NCBI RefSeq assembly: GCF_006345805.1
Contig: NC_043006.1
Span: 18,290,001 to 18,354,000 of the forward strand
From: Octopus sinensis
Lineage: Eukaryota
Reading direction: 5' to 3'
DNA length: 64,000 nt
In this document: positions 52,400-64,000 of the stretch, one piece after another
Numbering within the stretch: position 1 is the stretch's first letter
Layout: every line of letters starts with the position of its first letter
Position numbers and translations under genes: made by a program
Notes under the pieces: generated by a model
What the model saw: the letters and a program-made list of their open reading frames with translations, nothing else
Told to the model about the DNA's origin: nothing
Database searches by the model: none

Positions 52400-53030
52400 T
52401 GCACTGTGCACGAGCAAATTCAAAGCCGAAATCCAATTGAAATGATGTTTTGATCACCATAATATTGACGTAATCGAATAGCCTCCATTCTTGTTGGACA
52501 ATTGTTTACAAATGTCAATGGCTGTCTGCATTTGGTTGCTTTCCGAAAGTCAGTGGATTTGATGGTCCAAATGCACCGTCGTTTTTCTTGGGGCACCAGA
52601 CTTTGCCGATCTTTATATTCGTCAGTCTCCGAGTATAACTTCCACGCTTGCATGCAAGCCATTTTACTGCACTTTAGTTGCTTGTTGATGTTCGAAAAGG
52701 AAACTTTTTGCTGGTGAAGTAATATGATTTTTGCTTTCGTGACTGGACTGAGGCTACATTTTTTTTTCCCATTTTTCTATTGTGTAATTTCTGTTTTTGA
52801 TAAGCGTATTTAAAAACCTGATTTTCGATATAGTTTTCCCACAAATCCTGTCCTTTATCTCTTCTTTCTGACATGTTCAAGGTGACATTTCCACTCCCTC
52901 ACCTTATTTTTTTCCTAGATTTCTTCCGATTCTTATGTTTGCGATACAGGACATTAGGATTTCACCCACAAAACAAACACATTCTCAATATTTTAATTTT
53001 CTCCCTCTCCACACCAAATTTTTTTTTTTA
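52400..53030 (-). mobile_element. Tc1-like transposase N-terminal remnant
   Basis: KAKIILLHQQKVSFSNINKQLKCSKMACMQAWKLYSETDEYKDR resembles the Tc1 paired-like HTH. Confidence 0.5.
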
Positions 53031-55058
53031 CTTTTTTCAAATTTTTATTCTTAGTAATCCATGGAGGAAAAACAGAATTTTACCCATCACCTCACCGCTT
53101 TCAAAAAGCTACTCACTTCCAATGTGTCACTTTTAGCTTTTTGGAAAGCGGGGAAATTTCTTCAGAAATAATGCTGTTTGCCTGTTGTTTCTAGCATGTT
53201 GAGTTTTCTGGTGGTGGTCTGGTATTTTTAAGTTTGCCATTTCAGTAGAATTCTACGCATGCAGGAAACATCAGACTAAAGTGAAAGCAAGTAGGTGATG
53301 GGTGGGCAAGGTGGGGGAAGAGGCACTGAGTGTTTCTTTAAGAAAAATTAAACTATAAAAAATACATATATTTCCCAGATTCATAATATTTGTATTTTTC
53401 TATGTAGAAAAAAACAAAACAAAACAAAACAAAGATCAAAAAGTTACTAATTAAGAAATTACAGTGAGGATGGGGGAAAATTAAAATTTTAAAAACATGA
53501 TTTCTGGACAAATCGTATTAACCCCCAATACATACTTTGTGATCCTTCTTAAGAACAGAAAGCACTTTCATGCAAACCCATGCAAAATGTACCCTCCCAT
53601 CTTTCACTTTTAAGCAAGCAATAACTTCCATTATGCCATTAACTGTATATCAGTGGTGCCGCTTCTGCCCATAAGAAAGGAGCAAACAATACAATGTACC
53701 TGTAGGTCATAACATCCGGGCAACACCAGGATGCATTGCTAGTGTGTGTGTCTGTATATATATAGACACACACACACACCATAATGTCCTTCCACATTTT
53801 TATACACCCAAACACAAACACATGTATAAAACTCATGCATCCATCCATACACACACATACATTATGTTCGTGTATGCATGTTTCTGTAGGTGATGTATGT
53901 AAAACGTATGGAGAAAACTGAGAAGCTGAGAAGCTTCTGGATTAAATTATCAATTGTGGTATTTGTTCCCTTCCTAATACTTGGTCGTTTTTATTGTTAG
54001 AAATGCAGGGACTCATAGATTGACCTGTTAGAAACCCTGTAATTGTGTAAATTCTTGTTCACCAAATACACAATAAAATTAACATTGAAAGGACATTAAA
54101 TTTGAGATAACTTTGTTATACTGGGAAAGAGGTTGTTACAAACAAGGTGACGTTTACAGATTTGCCTTTCAGGTTTTCAAAACGAATAAAGCTATAGACA
54201 ATAAATAATGGGCAATTTTGACGTAACTTCTGTAAATGGTTGGAACATAGAGATGATTATATGACTAGCTTAAATATAAATGTTATAAAATGGGACTACA
54301 AGATGAAATGAATAAAATGATTTCAGATGGAATTTAGGTAGTATTGTTAAGTATAGTTATTTGACGGAAACTTAATACTAAAATAATGTGTTTGTACAGT
54401 ATTTTGTTGGGTCTACTGGAAAATTTATTACAAAATTTGGATATAATTTATTCAAATGAGAATTTAATTGTTTTATTAAATGTCTATTATGAGTATTTAT
54501 GCAATTTGATGATCTGATTTCATGACAAATTTCGAGAAAGGTATTCTTCATTCAGAAAATGTGAATGAATGAATACATACATGGTGGCTGCTCCCTCGTT
54601 ATCAAGTATGGCCATTGCACGAAGCTTAATCAATGCTGTTATCATGCAATGCCTGTGCAAGAAGATTTTTTTTAAAGTCAGGAAAGGTTGTGCACTGAGT
54701 CAATCCCACTCACTAAGCAACCGCAGCCATAATCCGAAAAGAAGAACAAGTCAACATCATCGGTAACCACTGAGCCGCAGGTTTTATGTCGGAGTTATCC
54801 CAGTTACCTGAGTTACCTTCTCCTAGAAGGATGCCCTAACAAAGGCTAGGAGTCCTTCACTCCCAATGGTTTAACATACATACATACAGACAGACAGACA
54901 TACATACATAGAAAACACGAATATACACAATGTGTGTATGTGTGTGTGTGCATATACTCTGGGGTCTCTACCCTCATGTACACACCAACATATGAAAGAA
55001 TATCCTCTTATACATACATTCACAGAAACTTTTTTTTACATATGTGTGTATGTGTGTA

Positions 55059-55102
<44 letters not shown>

Positions 55103-57999
55103 TATATATAAATATATAAATATATATGAATATATATAAATATATATAAATATATATAAATATATAAATCGGAATCGAAATTGAACCAATCCTATGACTG
55201 GCACCCGGCAGATGCCAAGACCCCTGGACTGGAGATACGTAAAAAGCACTATCCGAATCATGGCCAATGCCAGCGCTGTCTCGACTGGCTTCCGTGTTGG
55301 TGGCACATAAAAAGCACCATCCGAATCGTGGCCGAAGCCAGTGCCGCCTCGACTGGCTTCCGTGCAGGTGGCACGTAAAATGCACCAATCCGACCGTAGC
55401 TGATGCCAGCCTCGCCTAGCACCAGTGCAGGTGGCACGTAAAAAGCACCTACTACACTCACGGAGTGATTGGCGTTGAGAAGGGCATCCAGCTGTAGAAA
55501 CATTGCCAGATAAGACTGGAGCCTGGTGCAGCCTTCTGGCTTCCCAGATCCCCGGTCGAACTGTCCAACCCATGCTAGCATGGAGAACGGACGTTAAACG
55601 ATGATGATGATGATGATGATGATATATATACATAAAATAGAAATATTATTATTTCTAAATCTCTCAAAGCAAAGGCTATTTGCCAAGATAATGTGGCTGT
55701 CCCGAAAGAGATGATGTTGCTATCGTTTTAGCAACAAGAAACATCGTTTCCAGCTGGCTATATGACACAGTGTCTGTGTCCTTATACTTTTGAACAGGGA
55801 GCTCAGCATTCCCATCAAGTACATAACAACATCTGTGGATTAGTTTCTGGGTTATTGCTCTTTATCAACACAGAGCAGATGCTTTGGTGAAATGATGTTG
55901 CTGAATTCACTGTTCAAATATGGACGATGTTACTGTTGTTTTAGCCCCCAAAAACATCAGTTCTAGCTGGCTATACGACACACTATCTGTGTCCTTATAC
56001 TTTCGAACAGGGTGCTCAGCATTCCCATCAAGTGCAAAACAATATCTGCGGACTAATTTCTGGGTTATTGCTCTTTATCAACACAGAGTAGCTACTTCGG
56101 CTTGATGGCATTGCTGATTTCACCTTTTGAATACTGTAAAATCCCATGTAATTAGTGCACCTGTGTAATTTACACAGGTGATTTTCTGGATAAAAATTGT
56201 TAAAAAAAGCTTCTACTCATGTAAATGTTGCACCCAAAAGTTTTCAGAATTACCAATGTAGCCAGGGGGTAAAGGTTTTATTTAGTTGTATTTAGCATAA
56301 TTTCACTTATTTAATTTTCATTAAATAAAAATAATTTCTGTTTATGAGGTATCACATTGAAAGCTATCAAATTATGAAGTGTTTGTGTTGTTTATAATAT
56401 ACTTTATTTTACATTTCTTGCCTGCCAGAGATTGTTGTCCGATCTTTAGCATACTTCTGAATGTCTTCTCAAATCACGATCACAGGAAAAGTCGTTGATA
56501 ATTCTTATCAACAAAGACAAAGCTGATAAGTATGCACAAATGTTGCAAAATAAGTTTAATTACCAATAAACATCAGCTTGGATGACACTTTACTCAACCA
56601 ACAGAGGAAGGTGACCAATCAAACTGATTATGTAAACAGAATTCTGATTGATTGAAAGTGTCTTCTTGTCTCAAGCTCTGATTTTCCACCTATTCTTGAG
56701 AGAACCTTTGATACAGAGTATCAAAATTTAAACTCTTTCACACTTATAAAATGTCAAGCAAACTTTAAAATTAGTCATTACTGTTTTAGCTGGGGGACCA
56801 AACTGATTGTTTGGTAACCTGCTAAAATAAACATTCAGTATCGAAAAGGTAAAATAAACAGCTTTGCAAGTTTAACTCAGTGTTTACTGAATAAGAGGTG
56901 CGAAATTTAAGAAGCAGCTTGCTAGAATATACACGTCTGTGAGGAGACATAAACAAGAATACCAAAACTCTACCATACCAAAAAAACTGGTAATACGTAC
57001 ATTACAAGTGTTCTATCAAGAGAACATAAAATTGCTGCATAATTTAATATGAATGTGAAATGATATTAAACATCGCATAAGGTAAATGAAGGTTTCTGCA
57101 GGAACTCTAAGTCATATTCACTGAATGAGTTTACATGTGCAAGGCTGAATTATGATGTTGCCAGCGGCATTACAAGTGGTAAAATATGGCCCAGATCGTG
57201 ATTGCCAGCATGAACGTCAAACTTCAAGAAGTAGTTAACCATGTAATGGTTTTAGTAAATACTAGCAGTATCGCCCGGCGTTGCTCGGGTTGGTACGGGA
57301 AATAACTATATAAGCATTTTTAGAGAGTTATAGCTAAAAAATAGCAAAAAAAGGATTAAAAATGGAAAAAAAATGATAGTAAGTTTTTTTTAAATCGTTG
57401 ACTCATCGTAGACATTTTTAGAGAGTTACTTCCCTTATATAATAGCGAAAAAAATGCATTAAAATGGAAAAAAATGATGGTAAATTTTTTTTTAAATCGT
57501 ACTCATCGTAGACGTGCGCTAATACCCAGAAGGGCTCGATATGAATCACGACTATAAGATACCCGGTTTTGGTTAAACTGCACCGTAAAATGTGGGAGTA
57601 GTTAGGAATCTAAATCGTAGGAGACAGACAAACAACTTGACTTTTATATATAAAGATATACAGAAAAAGTAATCATTATACCGTCCAGCATAAATAAAAG
57701 TCAACTTCATTATATTTTTTCTGTAAAAAACCTATTCTGACATTAAATGAGTCAACTTCCGGCGGTATGAATATTTACATTTGTACATCATTTCTCAAAA
57801 AAAAAATTTCAAAAAAATTCTGGAAATGATTTTCTCATGTAAGTTACGCACCCATGAAAGTTTATTTTTGTTTTTGCAAAAGAAAGTGCGTAAATTACAT
57901 AGGTTTTTATTGTATATACATTTCCAAGTGGCACGCAACCACTGATCAAAGAAATAGAAATATTATTTCTAAATCTCTCAAAGAGAGACATTCAATAAG

Positions 58000-58410
58000 A
58001 GAGATGACTGCGCTGGTATGGGCATGCAGCGAGAATGGATGAGGATAGCTGTGTGTAAAAGTGCCACACCCTAGTGGTTGAGGGAACCTGTGGAAGAGGT
58101 AGACCCAGGAAGACCTGGGATGGGTGGTGAAGCACAACCTTCAAACATTAGGCCTTACTGAGGCAATGACTAGTGACCAAGACTTTTGCAAATATGTTGT
58201 GCTTGAGAAGACCCTGCAAGCCAAGTGAGACCATAACCTCGTGGCCTATGCTAGGGGTGTAACCAGCCCACTTATGCATACCTTTCTTTCATTGGATACT
58301 AAACTCTGCTTGCGAAGACCTCTTGAGGCAAGTGAAATTGAAATCGAAATCAAATTCGATGACTGGCATTCATACTAATGGAGCGCTAAGAGCAGCATCT
58401 GGCAACGTGA
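58000..58410 (+). mobile_element. RTE LINE 3' fragment
   Basis: RMDEDSCV*KCHTLVVEGTCGRGRPRKTW, then the 3'-UTR motif gaagacctcttgaggcaagtgaaa. Confidence 0.75.
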
Positions 58411-59039
58411 TCCTTGTGTTAAATTATCCTTGTATTAATCTTATGTAAAGATGAGTTCCACATGTGCATCCAGCCCTGGAATATACCCTGCTGTTGGATA
58501 TCATGTGGTAGTCAAATAATGACATAAGAACTCTTATACATACATTACAAGGTTTTCATCCAGATCATGCTAAATATATATATCAGGCATGGCTGTGTGG
58601 TAAGAAGCTTCTTCCCAACCACATGGTTCTGGGTTCAGTCCCACTGCATGGCACCTCTGGCAAGTGTCTTCTACTATAGCCTCGGGCTAACTAAAGCTGT
58701 GTGGATTTGATACGCAGAAACTGAAAGAAGTCCGTTGTATATATATGTGTGTATATATCCATGTGCGTGTGCCTTTGTGTCTGTATTTCTCCTTCCGTCA
58801 CCCCTTGATAACGGGTGTTGATGTCTTTCCACCCCTGTAACTTATCAGTTTGGTACAAAGTGTCCAATAGAATAAGTGCCAGGCTTTCAAAATACAAGTC
58901 CTGGGGTCGATTTCTTTGGCTAAAACCCTTTGGCTAAAACCCTTTACTCCAGCATGGCTGCTGTCAAATGACTGAAACAAGTAAAAGTATATGTATGTAT
59001 ATGTATGTGTGTGTGTGTGTGTGTGCATGCATGTGTATT

Positions 59040-59073
<34 letters not shown>

Positions 59074-61235
59074 CATATATATATGTATATATATAATAGT
59101 AATAGGGAATGTTATTCCAAAACTTACAGGGAAAATTTCAATTTAACAATTTTAGATAAAACGTTCACAATATATATATGTATATAATTTAGAGAAAAAA
59201 ACCACTATTAAACAATTCAATTCACACCATATAGAAAACATATACTATAAAAAAAAAACCTTATTTTAAAAATCAATAAAGTACAATAAATAGTAAATAG
59301 TAGTAAAAAGACTACGCACGTTTCATGGCTATATTTCCTAATAGATAATAATAATAAAATCAATTCAACTACTATTTACTATTTATTGTACTTTATTGAT
59401 TTTTAAAATAAGTTTTTTTTATAGTATATGTTTTCTATATGGCGTGAATAATATCTTTCTTTATTGAATTTTTAATAGTGATTTTTCTCTAAATTATATA
59501 CACACACATATATATATATATATATCATCATCATCATCGTTTAACGTCCGTTTTCCACGCTAGCACAGGTTGGATGGTTCGACTGGGGTCTGGGAAGCCA
59601 GGGGCTGCACCAGGCTCCAGTCTGATCTGGCAGTGTTTCTACAGCTGGATGCCCTTCCTAATGCCAACCACTCCGCGAGTGTAGTGGGTGCTTTTTACGT
59701 GCCACCTGCACAGGTGCCAGGGGAGGCTGGCATCGGCCACGATCGGTTGGTGCTTTTAACGTGCCGCCGGCACGGAAGCCACCCAAGGTGGCGCTGGCAT
59801 TGGCCACATTCGGATGGTGCTTTTTATGTGCCACCGGCACAGAAGCCAGCCAAGGCGGTGCTGGCATCGGCCACGTTCGGATGGTGCTTTTTATGTGCCA
59901 CCGGCACAGAAGCCAATCGAGGCGGCGCTGGCAACGGCCACGTTCGGATGGTGCTTTTTATGTGCCATCGGCATAGGTATCACAACTACTATTTCCATTA
60001 TATATATATATATATAAAGAGAGAGCACATGTACACACTTACATATGAAGGAGCACGTATAAATACATTCATATATGTGACTATCTATAATGTACACACA
60101 AGCATATACCCACATGTAAATGCCAACACATGAAAGAACGCTCTTATATATTTACAAATATCTTACACATACATCCTTATTTTTATCTATATTCCTTTAT
60201 CCATCTGTCTATAAACCCTAACTATCCACCCTCCCTGAACAAACGCTTATATACATCAGTGCTCACTCTGTCACACTGACTGGCTGTTTCATCTCCCTGA
60301 TTCTTCTACTACTGTGATATCAATCTATGTTTTATGGAACCAATAAACAGCATATACCACACTAGCAGTATCACCCAGCGTTGCTTGGGTTTGTAAGGGA
60401 AATAACTATATAAGCATTTTTAGAGAGTTATAGCCAAAAAATAGCAAAAAAATGCATTAAAAATGGAAAAAAAATGATGGTAAATTTTTTTTAAAATCGT
60501 TGACTCATCGTAGACATTTTTAGAGAGTTACTTCCCTTATATAATAGCGAAAAAATGCATTAAAATGGAAAAAAATGATGGTAAATTTTTTTTAAAATCG
60601 TTGACTCATCGTAGACATTTTTAGAGAGTTACTTCCCTTATATAATAGCGAAAAAATGCATTAAAATGGAAAAAAATGATGGTAAATTTTTTTTAAAATC
60701 GTTGACTCATCGTAGACATTTTTAGAGAGTTACTTCCCTTATATAATAGCGAAAAAATGCATTAAAATGGAAAAAAATGATGGTAATTTTTTTTTAAAAT
60801 CGTTGACTCATCGTAGACATTTTTAGAGAGTTACTTCCCTTATATAATAGCGAAAAAATGCATTAAAAGGAAAAAAAATGATGGTAAATTTTTTTTTAAA
60901 TCGTAGACCCATCGTAGACGTGCGCTAATACCCAGAAGGGCTCGATATGAATCACGACTATAAGATACCCGGTTTTGGTTAAACTGCACCGCAAAATGTG
61001 GGAGTAGTTAGGAATCTAAATCGTAGGAGACAGACACACAACTTCACTTTTATATATAAAGATTTGTCCTGGTCCATCGAACACCTGCCTTCCTCCTGTC
61101 ACCACCGTTTCATCCATTCTTGCCATGTTTTATATCTTACAGACAATCTGGATCTCTCTGTAGTCCATGTTCCCCTCAATGTATAAAAGTTGAGCATTAG
61201 CAGTCTGAGATGCTCTGCAAAGATCACAGGCTCTG

Positions 61236-62400
61236 CCCTCCCCCTCCTCCTCCTCCCCTATTCTTCCTTTTTCCTCCTCCTCCTCCTCCTCCTCCACTTC
61301 TTCTTCCTTCTTCCTCCTCCTCCTCCTCCTCCTCCTCCACTTCTTCCTTCTTCCTCCTCCTCCTCCTCCACTTCTTCCTTCTTCCTCCTCCTCCTCCACT
61401 TCCTCCTCCTCCTCCTCCTCTTCCTCCTCCTCCTCCTCCTCCACTTCTTCTTCCTTCTCCTCCTCCTCCTCCACTTCTTCTTCCTTCTTCCTCCTCCTCC
61501 TCCACTTCTTCTTCTTCTTCCTCTCCTCCTCCTCCACTTCCTCCCCCTCCTCCTCCTCCTCCTCCTCTTCTCCTCCTCCTCCTCCTCCACTTCTTCCTTC
61601 TTCCTCCTCCTCCTCCACTTCTTCCTTCCTCCTCCTCCTCCACTTCTTCTTCCTTCTTCCTCCTCCTCCTCCACTTCTTCTTCCTTCTTCCTCCTCCTCC
61701 TCCACTTCTTCTTCCTTCTTCCTCCTCCTCCTCCCCTTCCTCCCCCTCCCCCTCCTCCTCCTCCTCCTCCTCCTCCTCCTCCTCCACTTCTTCCTTCTTC
61801 CTCCTCCTCCTCCACTTCTTCCATCTTCCTCCTCCTTCTTCCTCCTCCTCCACTTCTTCCATCTTCCTCCTTCTCCTCTACTTCTTCCTTCTTCCTCCTC
61901 CTCCTCCTTCTCCTCCTCTTCCACTTCTTCTTTCTTCCTCCCTTCCACTTCTTCTTTCTTCCTCCCTTCCTCTTCTTCTTTCTTCCTCCCCTTCCTCTTC
62001 TTCTTTCTTCCTCCCCTTCCCCTTCTTCTTCTTTTTTCCTCCCCTTCCTCTTCTTCTTTCTTCCTCCTATTTTCTCTTCTTTTTCTTTCTTCCTCCCCTT
62101 CCTGTTCTTCTTCTTCTTTCTTCCTCCTATTCCTCTTCTTTTTCTTTCTTCCTCCCCTTCCTTTTCTTCTTCTTCTTTCTTCCTCCCCTTCCTCTTCTTC
62201 TTTCTTCCTCCCCTTCCTCTTCTTCTTTCTTCCTCCCCTTCCTTTTCTTCTTCTTTCTTCCTCCCCTTCCTCTTCTTCTTCTTTCTTCCTTCCCTTCCTC
62301 TTCTTCTTCTTCTTCCTTCTTCCTCTTCCCCTCTCCTCTTCCTCCCCCTCCTCTTCCCCTTCACCACCACCACCCTCCCCATCCCCCCCCCCCCTTCATC
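61236..62400 (+). repeat. ~1.15-kb (CCT/CTT)n polypyrimidine low-complexity tract
   Basis: Almost entirely C/T on the + strand; source of the spurious 200-414 aa ORFs. Confidence 0.95.
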
Positions 62401-62872
62401 ATCATCATCATCATAATTTCATGCCCACTTTCCATGTTGACATGGGTTGGATAAGTTGTCATGGTCTGTCATGCTCTTATTTGGAGTTCCTCTATGTGTT
62501 ATATGTATAAATATGTGAGTTTGTGTGTGTGTGTGTGTGGGGTGTGTGCGTATGTGTGTTGTGTGTGTATGTGTGTTGTGTGCGTATGTGTGTTGTGTGT
62601 GTGTGTGTGTGTTGTGTGTGCGTGCGTTTTGCGTGTGTGTGTAATTACATTTAGTTAATTTTTGTAATGGAGTTTCTTTTAATTAGCTGAAGTTGAAGAG
62701 TTTTATTGACTTTTGACATTCTAGTAGCCCATTGAATGATCGGTTTTATCCTTCTTTTACCTTGCATCCACAAATATTTTACAGAAATACATGCAATGAA
62801 ATAAATTATGTGTATTTATTATTGAACATCTGCTCTTTTTGGATTTATTCCTTAACTAATTGTCTGTTCCAC

Positions 62873-62998
62873 ATATGAGGAAAGTGAGAAAAACCTTCTG
62901 AAAGCAGAATGTTTTCTCGAAAATTTGAAGAAATTACCGTCTTCAGATTCAAAGCTTGTTCAGATGTGGGCCATTAAACTGACTCTTGATTTTGCACA
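62873..62998 (+). CDS. TTC23: TTC23-like exon (RYEESEKNLLKAECFLENLKKLPSSDSKLVQMWAIKLTLDFAQ); gene continues beyond the window
   Basis: Preceded by TTCCTTAAC branch site and AC acceptor; open frame in the phase left by the previous exon; GTAAGT donor at 62999. Resembles recalled TTC23 KFKEAAENLTKAERLSKEL...IRLSFAQ. Confidence 0.88.
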
Positions 62999-64000
62999 GT
63001 AAGTAATTTCTTTTCACTGTTTTGTCATCTTATTTCTGTTTCTGTGTCACTGTGGGCCTCTTTCTTGCAATGATTGTCCTCAAATATCAACCTCCTCAGT
63101 GTGAAATGTGTGTGCATCTATGTGTGTGTGTGTGTGTGTTTGCCTGTACATTTGTATACATGACTATCTGTGTGTATCTATCATCATCATCATCATCATT
63201 TAGCGTCCGCTAGCATGGGTTGGACGGTTAAACTGGGGTCTGTGAAGCCGGAAGGCTTCATCAGGCCCAGTCAGACCTGGCAGTGTTTCTACGGCTGGAT
63301 GCCCTTCCTAACGCCAACCACTCCGTGAGTGTAGTGGGTGCTTTTACGTGCCACCCGCACAGGTGCCAGACAGAGCTGGCAAACGGCCACGAACGGATGG
63401 TGCTTTTACGTGCCACCGGCAGTTTTAGATGCTATATACATGGTTTTTGTGTGTGTGTGTGGTGTGTGTGTGTGTTTGCCTGTACATTTGTATACATGAC
63501 TATCTGTGTGTATCTATCATCATCATCATCATCATTTAGCGTCCGCTAGCATGGGTTGGACGGTTAAACTGGGGTCTGTGAAGCCGGAAGGCTTCATCAG
63601 GCCCAGTCAGACCTGGCAGTGTTTCTACGGCTGGATGCCCTTCCTAACGCCAACCACTCCGTGAGTGTAGTGGGTGCTTTTTACGTGCCACCCGCACAGG
63701 TGCCAGACAGAGCTGGCAAACGGCCACGAACGGATGGTGCTTTTACGTGCCACCGGCAGTTTTAGATGCTATATACATGGTTTTTGTGTGTGTGTGTGTG
63801 TGTGTGTGTGCATTTGTACACATGAGTGCACGCAGGGTAGTTTCATCACTCTGTGTGCATCTGAAGTAAGTTTGGCTGCCAGCACTTTTGTGCATGTAGG
63901 CTTTCTCCCAAGCTGACAATGACCTCTCTCTTTGAAGCCTTGCCAGATCAAACAATTTTAAAAGACGTCTCTGATCCGAAAATCTTTCAGAAAAGAACAC

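Larger units (their letters stand above)
43681..62872 (+). other. U12-type AT-AC intron, 19,192 nt
   Basis: 5' ATATCCTTTT, branch site TTCCTTAAC at 62848-62856, terminal AC at 62871-62872; splicing restores the TTC23-like frame (AG+A = Arg). Confidence 0.9.

Noticed and set aside
61130-62454. 200-414 aa E/R/G- or P/S/L-rich ORFs
   Set aside because: Products of the (CCT/CTT)n tract, open in several frames and with no splice context.

Overview
AT-rich, microsatellite-laden metazoan genomic DNA, most likely Octopus (inferred from the tRNA-derived SINE families and repeat landscape). One host gene is visible on the + strand: the 5' part of a TTC23/TTC23L-like TPR gene. It has four well-supported coding exons (35137-35341, 39011-39134, 43521-43680, 62873-62998) and a plausible first coding exon (19792-19877). 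The last two exons are joined by a ~19.2-kb AT-AC U12-type (minor spliceosome) intron with a perfect donor and branch site. The rest is transposon debris: mariner/Tc1, hAT, Helitron-like elements, a MITE, CR1-group, RTE, L1/Tx1 and Penelope-like fragments, and many SINEs. The most notable non-coding structure is a set of about ten minimal type-I hammerhead ribozyme motifs, in Penelope-like pseudo-LTRs, fold-back hairpins and a 361-bp tandem unit. Their cores show three Watson-Crick versions of the 3-8 tertiary pair (C3:G8, U3:A8, G3:C8). A promoter-like cluster with a perfect 7-pentamer heat-shock element lies at ~20.3 kb. Nearly all long ORFs in the six-frame track are artefacts of simple repeats. 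All alignments and folds were done by eye; no database search was run.
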